NCBI GenBank assembly: GCA_028685755.1
Contig: JAQUDJ010000005.1
Span: forward strand, 47,237-111,236
From: Eubacteriales bacterium
Lineage (GTDB): Bacteria; Bacillota; Clostridia; Saccharofermentanales; UBA5734
Length of the DNA stretch: 64,000 nucleotides
Reading direction: 5' to 3'
The notes beneath the pieces were generated by a model, which saw only the letters and a list, made by a program, of their open reading frames with translations, searched no databases and had not been told where the DNA came from. Shown here one piece after another: positions 45,629 through 54,358 of this stretch. A program made the position numbers and the translations under genes. Within the stretch, counting starts at the first letter, position 1. Each line of letters opens with the position of its first letter.

Positions 45629-48141
45629 AGTGACCAAAAATCAGTCAATTCCTTTGTCAGATCAGTTGTTTGGTCAAGATAAACAGGCTGCCATTCATTG
45701 GGATAAAGCACCTGATATTCTGGCTTTGCGTATCGATCATCGATCAATAAAACAAACCCAACGTCAGTTTCGCTGCGAATAACGCGGCCGGCAGCTTGTT
45801 GAACTTTATTAAATCCCGGGTATTGATATGCGAATTCAAAGCCTCGGCCGAGTTTTCCAGAAAAATATTGGCTTGTTATTTCGCGTTCAGGACAAATTTG
45901 AGGCAGGCCAACACCCACAATTACTACACCACTTAAGCGTTCGCCGGTCAAATCTATACCCTCATTAAATAAACTGCCCATCACTGCCAAGCCAACGAGC
46001 GTTTTCTGTCCAAAAAGCTCAAATTTCCCGAGGAATTGTTGCTTTTGCTGTTCATCCATGCTTGGGATTTGGACGACGAAATCAAATTCATTACGCCTTG
46101 AATGCGCCCGAAGTAATAGCCGGACTTGCTGTAAATACCCATACGACGGTAGAAAAACCAAATAGTTTCCAATACGAGAACTCACAGCCGTCAGAATTTG
46201 CTCGAGTATCTGTGACATGGTTTCAGCACGTGATTTGTAGCGTGTGGATAGTCGCGATTCGATGATCAATTTAAGATGATCGAAGGGGAAAGGGGAAGGC
46301 AAATTCAACTGCTCGAAATGATTTTCCTGAGGTTTTTCTAATAATAGGCTGGTGTAATATTCAAGCGGGGCTAAAGTAGCCGAGAAATAAATAACTGGAT
46401 GCGTGTCGAGATAGATCTTAGTCAAAGGGGTCGAAGCATCTAAACACATCAAGTGTATCGTTAGTGTTCTAGCTTTTAGCGTTGCAGTTGTGACATATGC
46501 TGAACTGTAAAATTGGTCAGCGACACGGTTAAAGAAATGAATCATTAAAAAAGCGTCAAGAATAACCTTGTGCTCTGGAAAATCAGGGTGATCATCTAAA
46601 AATTGGCGCAATAGATAAATCAGGCGCCCCAGTATTCGCAACAGGGATTCAGGCTTTTCAGTCTGTGCACAAAAACCATCGTCGCACAATTGTCGCCCGG
46701 TTGCACTCGGTTCAACCACCTTAAACCCAATTTTTTCAACGGGACCAGCACCCGGCACAACAATTTGCGGTGCAATTTGATCATTTAATTGCTGGCCATA
46801 AGCTAACAGTTTACTGAGTGCCTGCTCAAGATACGGTGATTTGTTCTTTAATCCATCGAATGCCTTTTGTACGGTCGAAAAATCCAGAATAGCGCTGTAC
46901 ATTTCGCGGGCACGGTCGGGGAGATTGTGAGCTTCATCGACAAGTAAAAGATGATGTTGGTCAGGATTCACAAAAAAACGCGCCAGTTGAATCCGCGGGT
47001 CAAATGCATAATTATAATCACCGATAATGACATCACAATATAAGGCATAGTCGAGTGATAACTCAAACGGACAGACTACGCATTGTTTGGCGACTGCTGC
47101 AATATCGGCTGGACTGCAATGACCTGGCTGTTTAAATAATTCATTTAAAGCTTTGGGTAAATCACGATAGTAATGGACCGCCATTGGACATTTTTGGGTA
47201 TCGCAATATAATTCTGGTTTCAGACAACTTTTCTCTTTGGCTTGCAGGGTTATGCTCCGCAAGATCAAGCCATTCTGCCGAAGTTCATTTAAGGCTTGCT
47301 CGGCAACGCGCCGTGTTGAAGTCATTGCTGTCAAATAAAAGACTTTGTCAATAAGGTGATGGGCTAATAAGCGAACGGCAGGGAATAAGACGGAGATCGT
47401 CTTTCCCGTACCTGTAGGCGCTTGTGCAAACAGCACGCCCCGTTGTCTAGCAATGCCGATGACATCATTCATCAATTGCTTTTGCCCGGGCCTTAAGGCG
47501 GGAAATGGAAAAGCACATGTTTTAGCACTTGAATCACGCAATCTTTGACTGTCCATGATCCGCACAGCAACGCTTGTAAAATCTTGGATGGTGTTTTGGT
47601 AAAATTCAGCAAGATCCAATCGACTTAGTTCGCGGTAATGTTCTATATACTCATCGTGTTCAGGGCTAGTATAGAGCAAGCCAATGATCAGATGATCAAG
47701 CATATATTGTTGACAGTAAAGATGCCCGTAAAGCATGGCTTGTGCCCAATGCAGTAATTCACCATGGGCTGGTAAATGCTGTGGGGAACCACTGTAAGAT
47801 TTGATTTCGTATAAGGTCAGACCCTCTGAACGTTTCACAAGGAGGTCACAACGCCCACTTATTTTCAGATTGAGACCTTGATGATTTAAATGATCCTTAA
47901 GCGTGACTTCTGATTCAACAGCATCTTTGCCAAATCGCTTTTGAAAACGTGAAACAAGCTTTTGATGTAAGCGAGTACCTTCTAGTCCAGTGATGGAAGC
48001 GTAGGTTGGTCCACCTAAGCCGCCTTGGCGATGGGTTGCTTCGGCTAAGGCGCGCACCGCAATTTGAAGCACGTGGGGATGTGCTTGTACCGATTGATCG
48101 GTAGGCTGAGCGTGAGGAGCCATTTCTGGTTTCTTTGACAT
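45616..48141 (-). CDS. fusion of an N-terminal RecB-type PD-(D/E)xK nuclease domain to an XPD/DinG-like Fe-S superfamily-2 helicase
   Basis: N-terminus: GRCDLL...LYEIKS....QAMLYGHLY (D..ExK..QxxxY). Helicase: Walker A APTGTGKT, a Cys cluster between motifs I and II (C.KPELYC...KC....C), DEAHNL, and motif VI QAAGRVIRS. Confidence 0.75.
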   Translation of the reverse strand: MSKKPEMAPHAQPTDQSVQAHPHVLQIAVRALAEATHRQGGLGGPTYASITGLEGTRLHQKLVSRFQKRFGKDAVESEVTLKDHLNHQGLNLKISGRCDLLVKRSEGLTLYEIKSYSGSPQHLPAHGELLHWAQAMLYGHLYCQQYMLDHLIIGLLYTSPEHDEYIEHYRELSRLDLAEFYQNTIQDFTSVAVRIMDSQRLRDSSAKTCAFPFPALRPGQKQLMNDVIGIARQRGVLFAQAPTGTGKTISVLFPAVRLLAHHLIDKVFYLTAMTSTRRVAEQALNELRQNGLILRSITLQAKEKSCLKPELYCDTQKCPMAVHYYRDLPKALNELFKQPGHCSPADIAAVAKQCVVCPFELSLDYALYCDVIIGDYNYAFDPRIQLARFFVNPDQHHLLLVDEAHNLPDRAREMYSAILDFSTVQKAFDGLKNKSPYLEQALSKLLAYGQQLNDQIAPQIVVPGAGPVEKIGFKVVEPSATGRQLCDDGFCAQTEKPESLLRILGRLIYLLRQFLDDHPDFPEHKVILDAFLMIHFFNRVADQFYSSAYVTTATLKARTLTIHLMCLDASTPLTKIYLDTHPVIYFSATLAPLEYYTSLLLEKPQENHFEQLNLPSPFPFDHLKLIIESRLSTRYKSRAETMSQILEQILTAVSSRIGNYLVFLPSYGYLQQVRLLLRAHSRRNEFDFVVQIPSMDEQQKQQFLGKFELFGQKTLVGLAVMGSLFNEGIDLTGERLSGVVIVGVGLPQICPEREITSQYFSGKLGRGFEFAYQYPGFNKVQQAAGRVIRSETDVGFVLLIDDRYAKPEYQVLYPNEWQPVYLDQTTDLTKELTDFWSLHKS

Positions 48142-48160
48142 ATCGGCCTCAAGAGGAATG

Positions 48161-48197
48161 AAAAAACTGCACCCGCTGTTGACACAGCTGATGCAGC
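48161..48197 (-). terminator. terminator-like hairpin plus U-run after tRNA-Leu(CAG)
   Basis: Minus strand: CTGCA..CAGCTG-loop-..TGCAG followed by UUUUUU, ending about 20 nt before the helicase ATG. Confidence 0.5.
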
Positions 48198-48203
48198 TTT
48201 TGC

Positions 48204-48290
48204 TGGTGCGGGGAACAGGACTTGAACCTGCACGACCTTACGGCCACTAGTACCTGAAACTAGCGCGTCTGCCAATTCCGCCATCTCCGC
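48204..48290 (-). tRNA. tRNA-Leu (anticodon CAG), long variable arm, CCA encoded
   Basis: Reverse complement folds with acceptor GCGGAGA/TCCCCGC (one A-C mismatch), anticodon stem CTAGT/ACTAG with loop TTCAGGT, a 15-nt variable arm, and T-loop GGTTCAAGTCC. Confidence 0.85.
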
Positions 48291-48316
48291 GGGACGTTGA
48301 TTATCTTATCCTAGAG

Positions 48317-48346
48317 TTGGTAAAAAAGCAAGTCCTGATTTATAAT
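48317..48346 (+). promoter_or_regulatory. putative promoter of murD
   Basis: TTGGTA, 18-nt spacer, TATAAT, 25 nt before the murD start. Confidence 0.55.
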
Positions 48347-48371
48347 CTAGACGACAGTAAACGGAGGAAAA

Positions 48372-49802
48372 ATGATGATTAATTTGAAGCTCGACGAATT
48401 CAAATCATGGATCAAAAATCAGCGCGTCGCTGTTTTGGGTGTCGGAATAAGCAACCGTCCCTTGATACGTTACATTCATAATCTTGGGGCGCGCGTGACT
48501 GCTTTTGACATGCTCGACGACGATGATGTTGTACTCAAACGGACACGCGAAGATTTTGAATCAGCAGGAATTGAAATCGAATGGTCAGTTGGGGCTGATT
48601 ATTTAACTAATCTCAAGGGTTTTGATCTTATTTTTAGAACTCCGAAAATGCGTCCGGATGTCAAAGAACTTTTGGCAGAACGAGAACGCGGTGCTGTGAT
48701 CACCTCTGAAATGGAAGTCTTCATGGAGCTTTGTCCGGCAAAAATGTTCGCGATAACTGGCAGCGACGGTAAGACCACAACCACAACACTTGTCAGTTTG
48801 ATTCTCAAACAAGCTGGCTATCAGGTTTATCTCGGTGGCAACATTGGCACACCTTTAATGGATCAGATCGACCACATTAGAACGGAAGATATGGTCGTGC
48901 TTGAATTATCGAGTTTTCAATTAAGTAGCATGCGGATTAGCCCTGCTGTGGCTATCATTACGAATGTTACTCCGAATCATTTGGATGTCCACAAAGATTA
49001 TCAAGAATATATTGATGCTAAACGCAACATTTATCTTTATCAATCTTTTATGGGGCGACTCGTTTTAAATGCAAATAACTATGTGACGCGTTCGATGGTT
49101 GTAGAAGCGCGGGGACAAGTTATCCAATTTGCTCGCAAGGAAGCGGGCATTACGTGTGGCGCTGTGGTCAAGGATGGTTGGCTTTGCTACCGTGCTGATA
49201 ACCAAGATACCCCCATCGTTGAGACAGCAGCGATCGTGATCCCAGGCAAACACAATATTGAGAATTATTTAGCCGCAACAGCTGCCACCTGGCCGTTTGT
49301 CAAAGCGCGTGACATTGCTACTGTAGCGACAACATTCGGTGGTGTTGAGCACCGCCTTGAGCTCGTTCGTGAACTTAATACGGTCCGGTATTACAACAGC
49401 TCAATTGACACAAGCCCTACACGAACAAAAGCTGCCCTTAATGCCTTAGCAGAGCGACATGAGAAGGTGGTTCTCATCACGGGTGGCAAAGATAAAAAGA
49501 GTGATTATATTGGACTCGGGGAAGCAATTGCCGCTGTATCTAAGAAAATCATCCTGTGTGGCGACAACGCTGGCTTAATTCGAAACAACTTAATACTTGA
49601 AGCGCCATTTAAAAATGTCGACCCCCAAACATTGCAGATCCTTGAAGTCCAAACCTATGAAGAAGCTGTGCTTCTGGCTCATAAGATTGCGGAATCTGGC
49701 GAAATTGTGGTTTTGTCACCGGCTGGAACCAGTTACGATAAATTCCGGCATTTTGAAGAGCGTGGTAATTTATTTAAGACTCTAGTCAACGCGCTAAATT
49801 AA
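48372..49802 (+). CDS. murD: UDP-N-acetylmuramoyl-L-alanine--D-glutamate ligase
   Basis: N-terminal Rossmann V.GVGISN, Mur ligase P-loop ITGSDGKTTTT, ELSSFQL, and VITN..PNHLD.H. Confidence 0.85.
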   Translation: MMINLKLDEFKSWIKNQRVAVLGVGISNRPLIRYIHNLGARVTAFDMLDDDDVVLKRTREDFESAGIEIEWSVGADYLTNLKGFDLIFRTPKMRPDVKELLAERERGAVITSEMEVFMELCPAKMFAITGSDGKTTTTTLVSLILKQAGYQVYLGGNIGTPLMDQIDHIRTEDMVVLELSSFQLSSMRISPAVAIITNVTPNHLDVHKDYQEYIDAKRNIYLYQSFMGRLVLNANNYVTRSMVVEARGQVIQFARKEAGITCGAVVKDGWLCYRADNQDTPIVETAAIVIPGKHNIENYLAATAATWPFVKARDIATVATTFGGVEHRLELVRELNTVRYYNSSIDTSPTRTKAALNALAERHEKVVLITGGKDKKSDYIGLGEAIAAVSKKIILCGDNAGLIRNNLILEAPFKNVDPQTLQILEVQTYEEAVLLAHKIAESGEIVVLSPAGTSYDKFRHFEERGNLFKTLVNALN

Positions 49803-49826
49803 CTCGTGAAATAGCTATGCAAATAA

Positions 49827-49854
49827 ATAGCGCACCCTTGCGGGTGCGCTATTT
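49827..49854. terminator. bidirectional terminator shared by murD (+) and tRNA-Tyr (-)
   Basis: Perfect 11-bp hairpin ATAGCGCACCC-TTGC-GGGTGCGCTAT flanked by A/T runs. Confidence 0.8.
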
Positions 49855-49939
49855 TGGTGGGGGAAGGTGGATTCGAACCACCGAAGTCGAAGACAACAGA
49901 TTTACAGTCTGCCCCCATTGGCCGCTCGGGAATTCCCCC
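49855..49939 (-). tRNA. tRNA-Tyr (anticodon GTA), long variable arm, CCA encoded
   Basis: Reverse complement: acceptor GGGGGAA/TTCCCCC, anticodon loop CTGTAAA, T-loop GGTTCGAATCC. Confidence 0.88.
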
Positions 49940-49968
49940 ATGATATGAACTTGTCAATGTTGGTCTAA

Positions 49969-50045
49969 TGGTGGGCCATCAGGGACTTGAACCCCGGACC
50001 GACCGGTTATGAGCCGGCTGCTCTGACCAACTGAGCTAATGGCCC
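49969..50045 (-). tRNA. tRNA with CAT anticodon (elongator Met, or Ile2 if lysidine-modified), CCA encoded
   Basis: Reverse complement: acceptor GGGCCAT/ATGGCCC, anticodon stem GCCGG/CCGGT with loop CTCATAA. It is not initiator-like (no three G-C pairs at the anticodon stem end). Met versus Ile2 cannot be decided by eye. Confidence 0.85.
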
Positions 50046-50085
50046 ATGCGCTGTTTCGTAAGTATCTTGCGCAGCAACAAGGGCT

Positions 50086-50115
50086 ATTATAGTGATTTAA
50101 AAGTAAGCTTGTCAA
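50086..50115 (-). promoter_or_regulatory. consensus promoter for the tRNA(CAT)-tRNA-Tyr unit
   Basis: Minus strand: TTGACA, 18-nt spacer, TATAAT. Confidence 0.7.
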
Positions 50116-50162
50116 GCGATTTGAAAAATAAAATTGCACCTCGTTCATTATCTTAAAGAAAA

Positions 50163-50194
50163 TAAAAAACCGCTAAGGCTACAGCCTCAACGGT
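50163..50194 (-). terminator. intrinsic terminator after tRNA-Leu(CAA)
   Basis: About 11-bp hairpin. Its two mismatches become G-U pairs only in the minus-strand RNA. Followed by UUUUUU. Confidence 0.7.
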
Positions 50195-50200
50195 TTGAAG

Positions 50201-50287
50201 TGGTGGGGATGAAGGGAATCGAACCCTTACGATCTCACAATCGGCAGATTTTGAGTCTGCTGCGTCTGCCAGTTCCGCCACATCCCC
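50201..50287 (-). tRNA. tRNA-Leu (anticodon CAA), long variable arm, CCA encoded
   Basis: Reverse complement: acceptor GGGGATG/CATCCCC, anticodon stem GCAGA/TCTGC with loop CTCAAAA, T-loop GGTTCGATTCC. Confidence 0.88.
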
Positions 50288-50310
50288 AGATGTGGTGCAC
50301 GTCCTGCGTC

Positions 50311-50339
50311 ATATTAGCAATCTCAACGATTTATGTCAA
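50311..50339 (-). promoter_or_regulatory. near-consensus promoter for tRNA-Leu(CAA)
   Basis: Minus strand: TTGACA, 17-nt spacer, TAATAT. Confidence 0.65.
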
Positions 50340-50374
50340 TCCAATTTGTGAAGATTGCTTTGAAGAAAAATCAC

Positions 50375-50403
50375 TTGCACATCCGTAATGAATCCGGTAT
50401 TCT
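50375..50403 (+). promoter_or_regulatory. putative promoter of the pyr operon
   Basis: TTGCAC, 17-nt spacer, TATTCT, directly upstream of the PyrR-binding hairpin. Confidence 0.4.
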
Positions 50404-50419
50404 TAGCAAAGAAAACCAA

Positions 50420-50450
50420 CCTTTAATGTAGTCCTGTGAGGCTTCGAAGG
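50420..50450 (+). promoter_or_regulatory. PyrR-binding loop (anti-antiterminator hairpin) of the pyr leader
   Basis: CCUUUAAUGU-AGUCCUGUGAGGCU-UCGAAGG compared with the known consensus ARUCCAGAGAGGYU in a UUUAA-flanked hairpin. The terminal loop differs at two positions. Confidence 0.6.
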
Positions 50451-50473
50451 TCACAAACAATCATCCCGACTGA

Positions 50474-51142
<669 letters not shown>

Positions 51143-51146
51143 ATCG

Positions 51147-52073
51147 ATGCAACTTCGCTCAAAGGATTTACTCGGCATTAAAGACCTCAGCGCTGAAGAA
51201 ATCACCTTAATATTAGACACCGCCGAGACGATGAAACATGTCTTGGAAGCTACAAGTAAAAAAACAGCGCATTTACAAGGTAAGTCTGTCATTACGTTGT
51301 TTTATGAGAATTCAACAAGAACTCGCCTCTCTTTTGAAATGGCCTCGAAATTCATGGGTGCATCATCAGCCAATGTGGCGTCTTCTGGGAGTAGCATTAA
51401 TAAGGGTGAATCGTTACTTGATACAGCGCGGACGATAGATGTATGTGGTACAGATATTATCATCATGCGCCATAGTCAATCCGGCGCGCCCCACTTGATT
51501 GCACCGCATGTAAAAGCCTCTGTTATCAATGCAGGCGATGGCATGAATGAACATCCGACACAGGCTTTACTTGATCTTTTCACCATGCGCCAACATAAAG
51601 GTGATTTAAAAGGCTTGGAAGTTGCCATCGTTGGCGATTTGCTCCATAGCCGCGTGGCTCGCAGCAATCTCTGGGCTTTAGAAAAGATGGGTGCTCACGT
51701 GCGCATGGCAGCCCCAAGCACGATGTTACCGCGAGGTCTTGAACAGACACCGGCGATTGTTTGCCAGACGGTTCAAGATGCCGTGCGTGGCGCTGACGTG
51801 GTCATGGGTTTACGAGTTCAGCTCGAACGTCAGCAAAAAGCCCTTTATCCATCAATCCGTGAATATGCCAAGTTCTTTTCAATTGATGATAAAACGTTAA
51901 AATTAGCGAAGCCTGACGCAATATTGATGCATCCTGGCCCCTGCAATCACGGTGTTGAAATGCCAACATCAATCTACGATGGATCACAATCCGTTATCAA
52001 TGAACAGGTAACCAACGGGGTAGCCGTGCGCATGGCAATCCTATACTTATTAGCAGCAAGGAGGAATGGCTGA
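51147..52073 (+). CDS. pyrB: aspartate carbamoyltransferase catalytic subunit
   Basis: F.E.STRTR.SFE, HPTQ.LLD and HPGP motifs. The ATG at 51147 follows AAGGAGG; the upstream 51 codons of the track ORF overlap pyrR. Confidence 0.9.
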   Translation: MQLRSKDLLGIKDLSAEEITLILDTAETMKHVLEATSKKTAHLQGKSVITLFYENSTRTRLSFEMASKFMGASSANVASSGSSINKGESLLDTARTIDVCGTDIIIMRHSQSGAPHLIAPHVKASVINAGDGMNEHPTQALLDLFTMRQHKGDLKGLEVAIVGDLLHSRVARSNLWALEKMGAHVRMAAPSTMLPRGLEQTPAIVCQTVQDAVRGADVVMGLRVQLERQQKALYPSIREYAKFFSIDDKTLKLAKPDAILMHPGPCNHGVEMPTSIYDGSQSVINEQVTNGVAVRMAILYLLAARRNG

Positions 52074-53335
52074 TGAAAATTAAAATATCCGGTGGAATGG
52101 TCGTTAATCCGATCACCATGACCGAAGAACAACGTGATGTCTTGATTGAAAACGGGATGTTTGTCGATGATTTATCGGGTCAGCCTGAGCAAATCATTGA
52201 TGCGACAGGCTTAACTGTCATGCCTGGTTTGATCGACCCCCATACCCACTTACGCGACCCAGGTTTTGAATATCGTGAAGATATTGTCAGCGGAACCAAG
52301 GCTGCTGTTCGTGGCGGGATTACGGCTGTCGCGTGCATGCCGAATACGAAGCCGGTTATCGATAATCCGACGATTGTTCGCTATATCAAAGATAAAGCCG
52401 CTGCTGAAGGTTTCTGCAAAGTTTTGCCAGTAGGCGCTGTGAGCAAGAACCAGGATGGCAAAGAATTAGCCGAAATTGGGTTAATGGCTGAACAAGGTAT
52501 CGTTGCTATATCTGATGATGGCAAACCAGTCTTAACCGCTGATTTGATGAAAAAAGCGATTCAATACGCAGCCCAATTCAATCTCGTCGTGATCTCCCAT
52601 TGTGAAGAAACAACGCTCGCTGATGGAGGCCACATGAATGAAGGAATCGTTAGCCTGGAAATGGGACTTAAGGGGATACCTACAATTGCTGAAGATATCA
52701 TGGCAGCACGGGATATTCTAATCGCTGAATATCTTGGTTTGCCAGTTCATTTGGCACATTTATCGACTGCTGGCAGCATCGAACTTGTTCGCCAAGCTAA
52801 AGCCCGCGGTGTCCAGGTGACTTGTGAGACGTGTCCACATTATTTTACCTTGACTGAAGAAGCTTGCCGCGATTTCAATACAAATGCCAAGATGAATCCA
52901 CCACTCCGCACCCAAATGGATGTAGATGCAATTATCTGTGGATTAAAAGATGGTACGATTGATATGATTGGCACCGATCATGCCCCACATCATGCTGATG
53001 AAAAGCAAATCGAATTTGGGTTGGCAAACAATGGCATTATTGGTTTCGAATCTTCTTTTGCGCTAGGATACACATACCTTGTGCTGCCTGGGCATTTAAC
53101 ATTGCCTCAACTGGTAGCCAAAATGTCGACACGACCAGCTGAATTATTCCATCAAAAGATGGGAAGGATTGAAGCCGGATATCCGGCAGATTTGGTCCTC
53201 GTTGACTTAAAAAAACCGTTTTCATTTGATAAACATGCTTCAGCAAGCAAGGCTAGAAATACACCGTTTCATGGCTGGATGCTACATGGCCTCATAAAAA
53301 AGACATTCTGTGATGGAAAGGTCGTTTTTGAATGA
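52073..53335 (+). CDS. pyrC: dihydroorotase
   Basis: PGLIDPHTHLRDPG, C.PNT.P and TDHAPH motifs. TGATG overlap with pyrB. Confidence 0.9.
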   Translation: MKIKISGGMVVNPITMTEEQRDVLIENGMFVDDLSGQPEQIIDATGLTVMPGLIDPHTHLRDPGFEYREDIVSGTKAAVRGGITAVACMPNTKPVIDNPTIVRYIKDKAAAEGFCKVLPVGAVSKNQDGKELAEIGLMAEQGIVAISDDGKPVLTADLMKKAIQYAAQFNLVVISHCEETTLADGGHMNEGIVSLEMGLKGIPTIAEDIMAARDILIAEYLGLPVHLAHLSTAGSIELVRQAKARGVQVTCETCPHYFTLTEEACRDFNTNAKMNPPLRTQMDVDAIICGLKDGTIDMIGTDHAPHHADEKQIEFGLANNGIIGFESSFALGYTYLVLPGHLTLPQLVAKMSTRPAELFHQKMGRIEAGYPADLVLVDLKKPFSFDKHASASKARNTPFHGWMLHGLIKKTFCDGKVVFE

Positions 53336-54297
53336 ATCATTTTGCCGATCGTCTGACCGAAAAAATTAAGAGCACGCAAAACCCAACAGTCATGGGTCTT
53401 GACCCCATGCTCGACTATATCCCCGAATCGTTGCTCCAGCGAGCAAAGGCGCAAACAAAAGATTCAATTACAGCTATTGGCGAAGCACTTTTCTTATTTA
53501 ATCAAGCATTAATCGATGCAACTTTTGACTTGATTCCTGCTGTTAAGCCGCAAGTCGCTTATTATGAGCAATATGGGGTAGCTGGATTATCAGCTCTCCA
53601 AAGAACCGTTTCCTATGCCCAAGAAAAAGGCATGCTTGTGATTGTCGATGCCAAACGCAATGATATTGGAAGCACGGCTGAAGCATATGCCCGTGCAATC
53701 CTTGGGCAGAGTGTGGTTGGAACAGACGAAAATGGTCATCCGATATTTAAAAGCTTTATGGGTGGCGATTGCATTACCCTAAATGGCTATCTCGGCCTCG
53801 ATGGGATCAAACCCTTCCTTAATGAATGTTCAAAAAACGGTCAGGGCTGCTATATTTTAGTTCGAACATCCAATCCATCTGCTGGCGACCTACAGGACCT
53901 TATACTTGAAGATGGGCGCACCGTCTATGAAGCCATGGCATGCAAAGTAGCTGAATGGGGTGATACCTTTATCGGTCAAAGTGGTTATTCGTCAGTCGGT
54001 GCTGTAGTCGGGGCAACTTGGCCCAAACAAGCCGAATCACTTCGTAAAATTATGCCCCATGCCTTGATTTTAGTGCCTGGTTATGGAGCCCAAGGCGCAA
54101 CGGCAGACGATGCTGTTGCAAGTTTTGGTTCTGATGGGCAAGGCGCAATTGTCAACGCATCAAGAAGCTTGATGCTTGCCTGGAAGAAACATCAAATGCC
54201 AATCGAAGAATTTGCAAAAGCCGCTCGCGTTGAAGCGATAGCAATGCGTGATGATTTACAAGCAGCCTTGCTTCGAGCCGGGAAGAAGATTGTATAA
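53332..54297 (+). CDS. pyrF: orotidine 5'-phosphate decarboxylase, long (type 2) form
   Basis: V.GLDP, KPQ.A.YE and VDAKRNDIG.T motifs. At 321 aa it is the long form. ATGA overlap with pyrC. Confidence 0.85.
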   Translation: MNHFADRLTEKIKSTQNPTVMGLDPMLDYIPESLLQRAKAQTKDSITAIGEALFLFNQALIDATFDLIPAVKPQVAYYEQYGVAGLSALQRTVSYAQEKGMLVIVDAKRNDIGSTAEAYARAILGQSVVGTDENGHPIFKSFMGGDCITLNGYLGLDGIKPFLNECSKNGQGCYILVRTSNPSAGDLQDLILEDGRTVYEAMACKVAEWGDTFIGQSGYSSVGAVVGATWPKQAESLRKIMPHALILVPGYGAQGATADDAVASFGSDGQGAIVNASRSLMLAWKKHQMPIEEFAKAARVEAIAMRDDLQAALLRAGKKIV

Positions 54298-54308
54298 AAA
54301 TAAGATGA

Positions 54309-54326
54309 ACTGTATAATTATACAGA
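54309..54326. promoter_or_regulatory. 16-bp perfect palindrome CTGTATAATTATACAG; ARG-box-like and overlapping a possible TTGTAT-17-TATAAT promoter
   Basis: Read directly. The 18-mer ACTGTATAATTATACAGA matches WNTGAATWWWWATTCANW at 16 of 18 positions. Confidence 0.35.
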
Positions 54327-54358
54327 ATATTTTGTCATGATCCTGAAAGGAGCCATAT

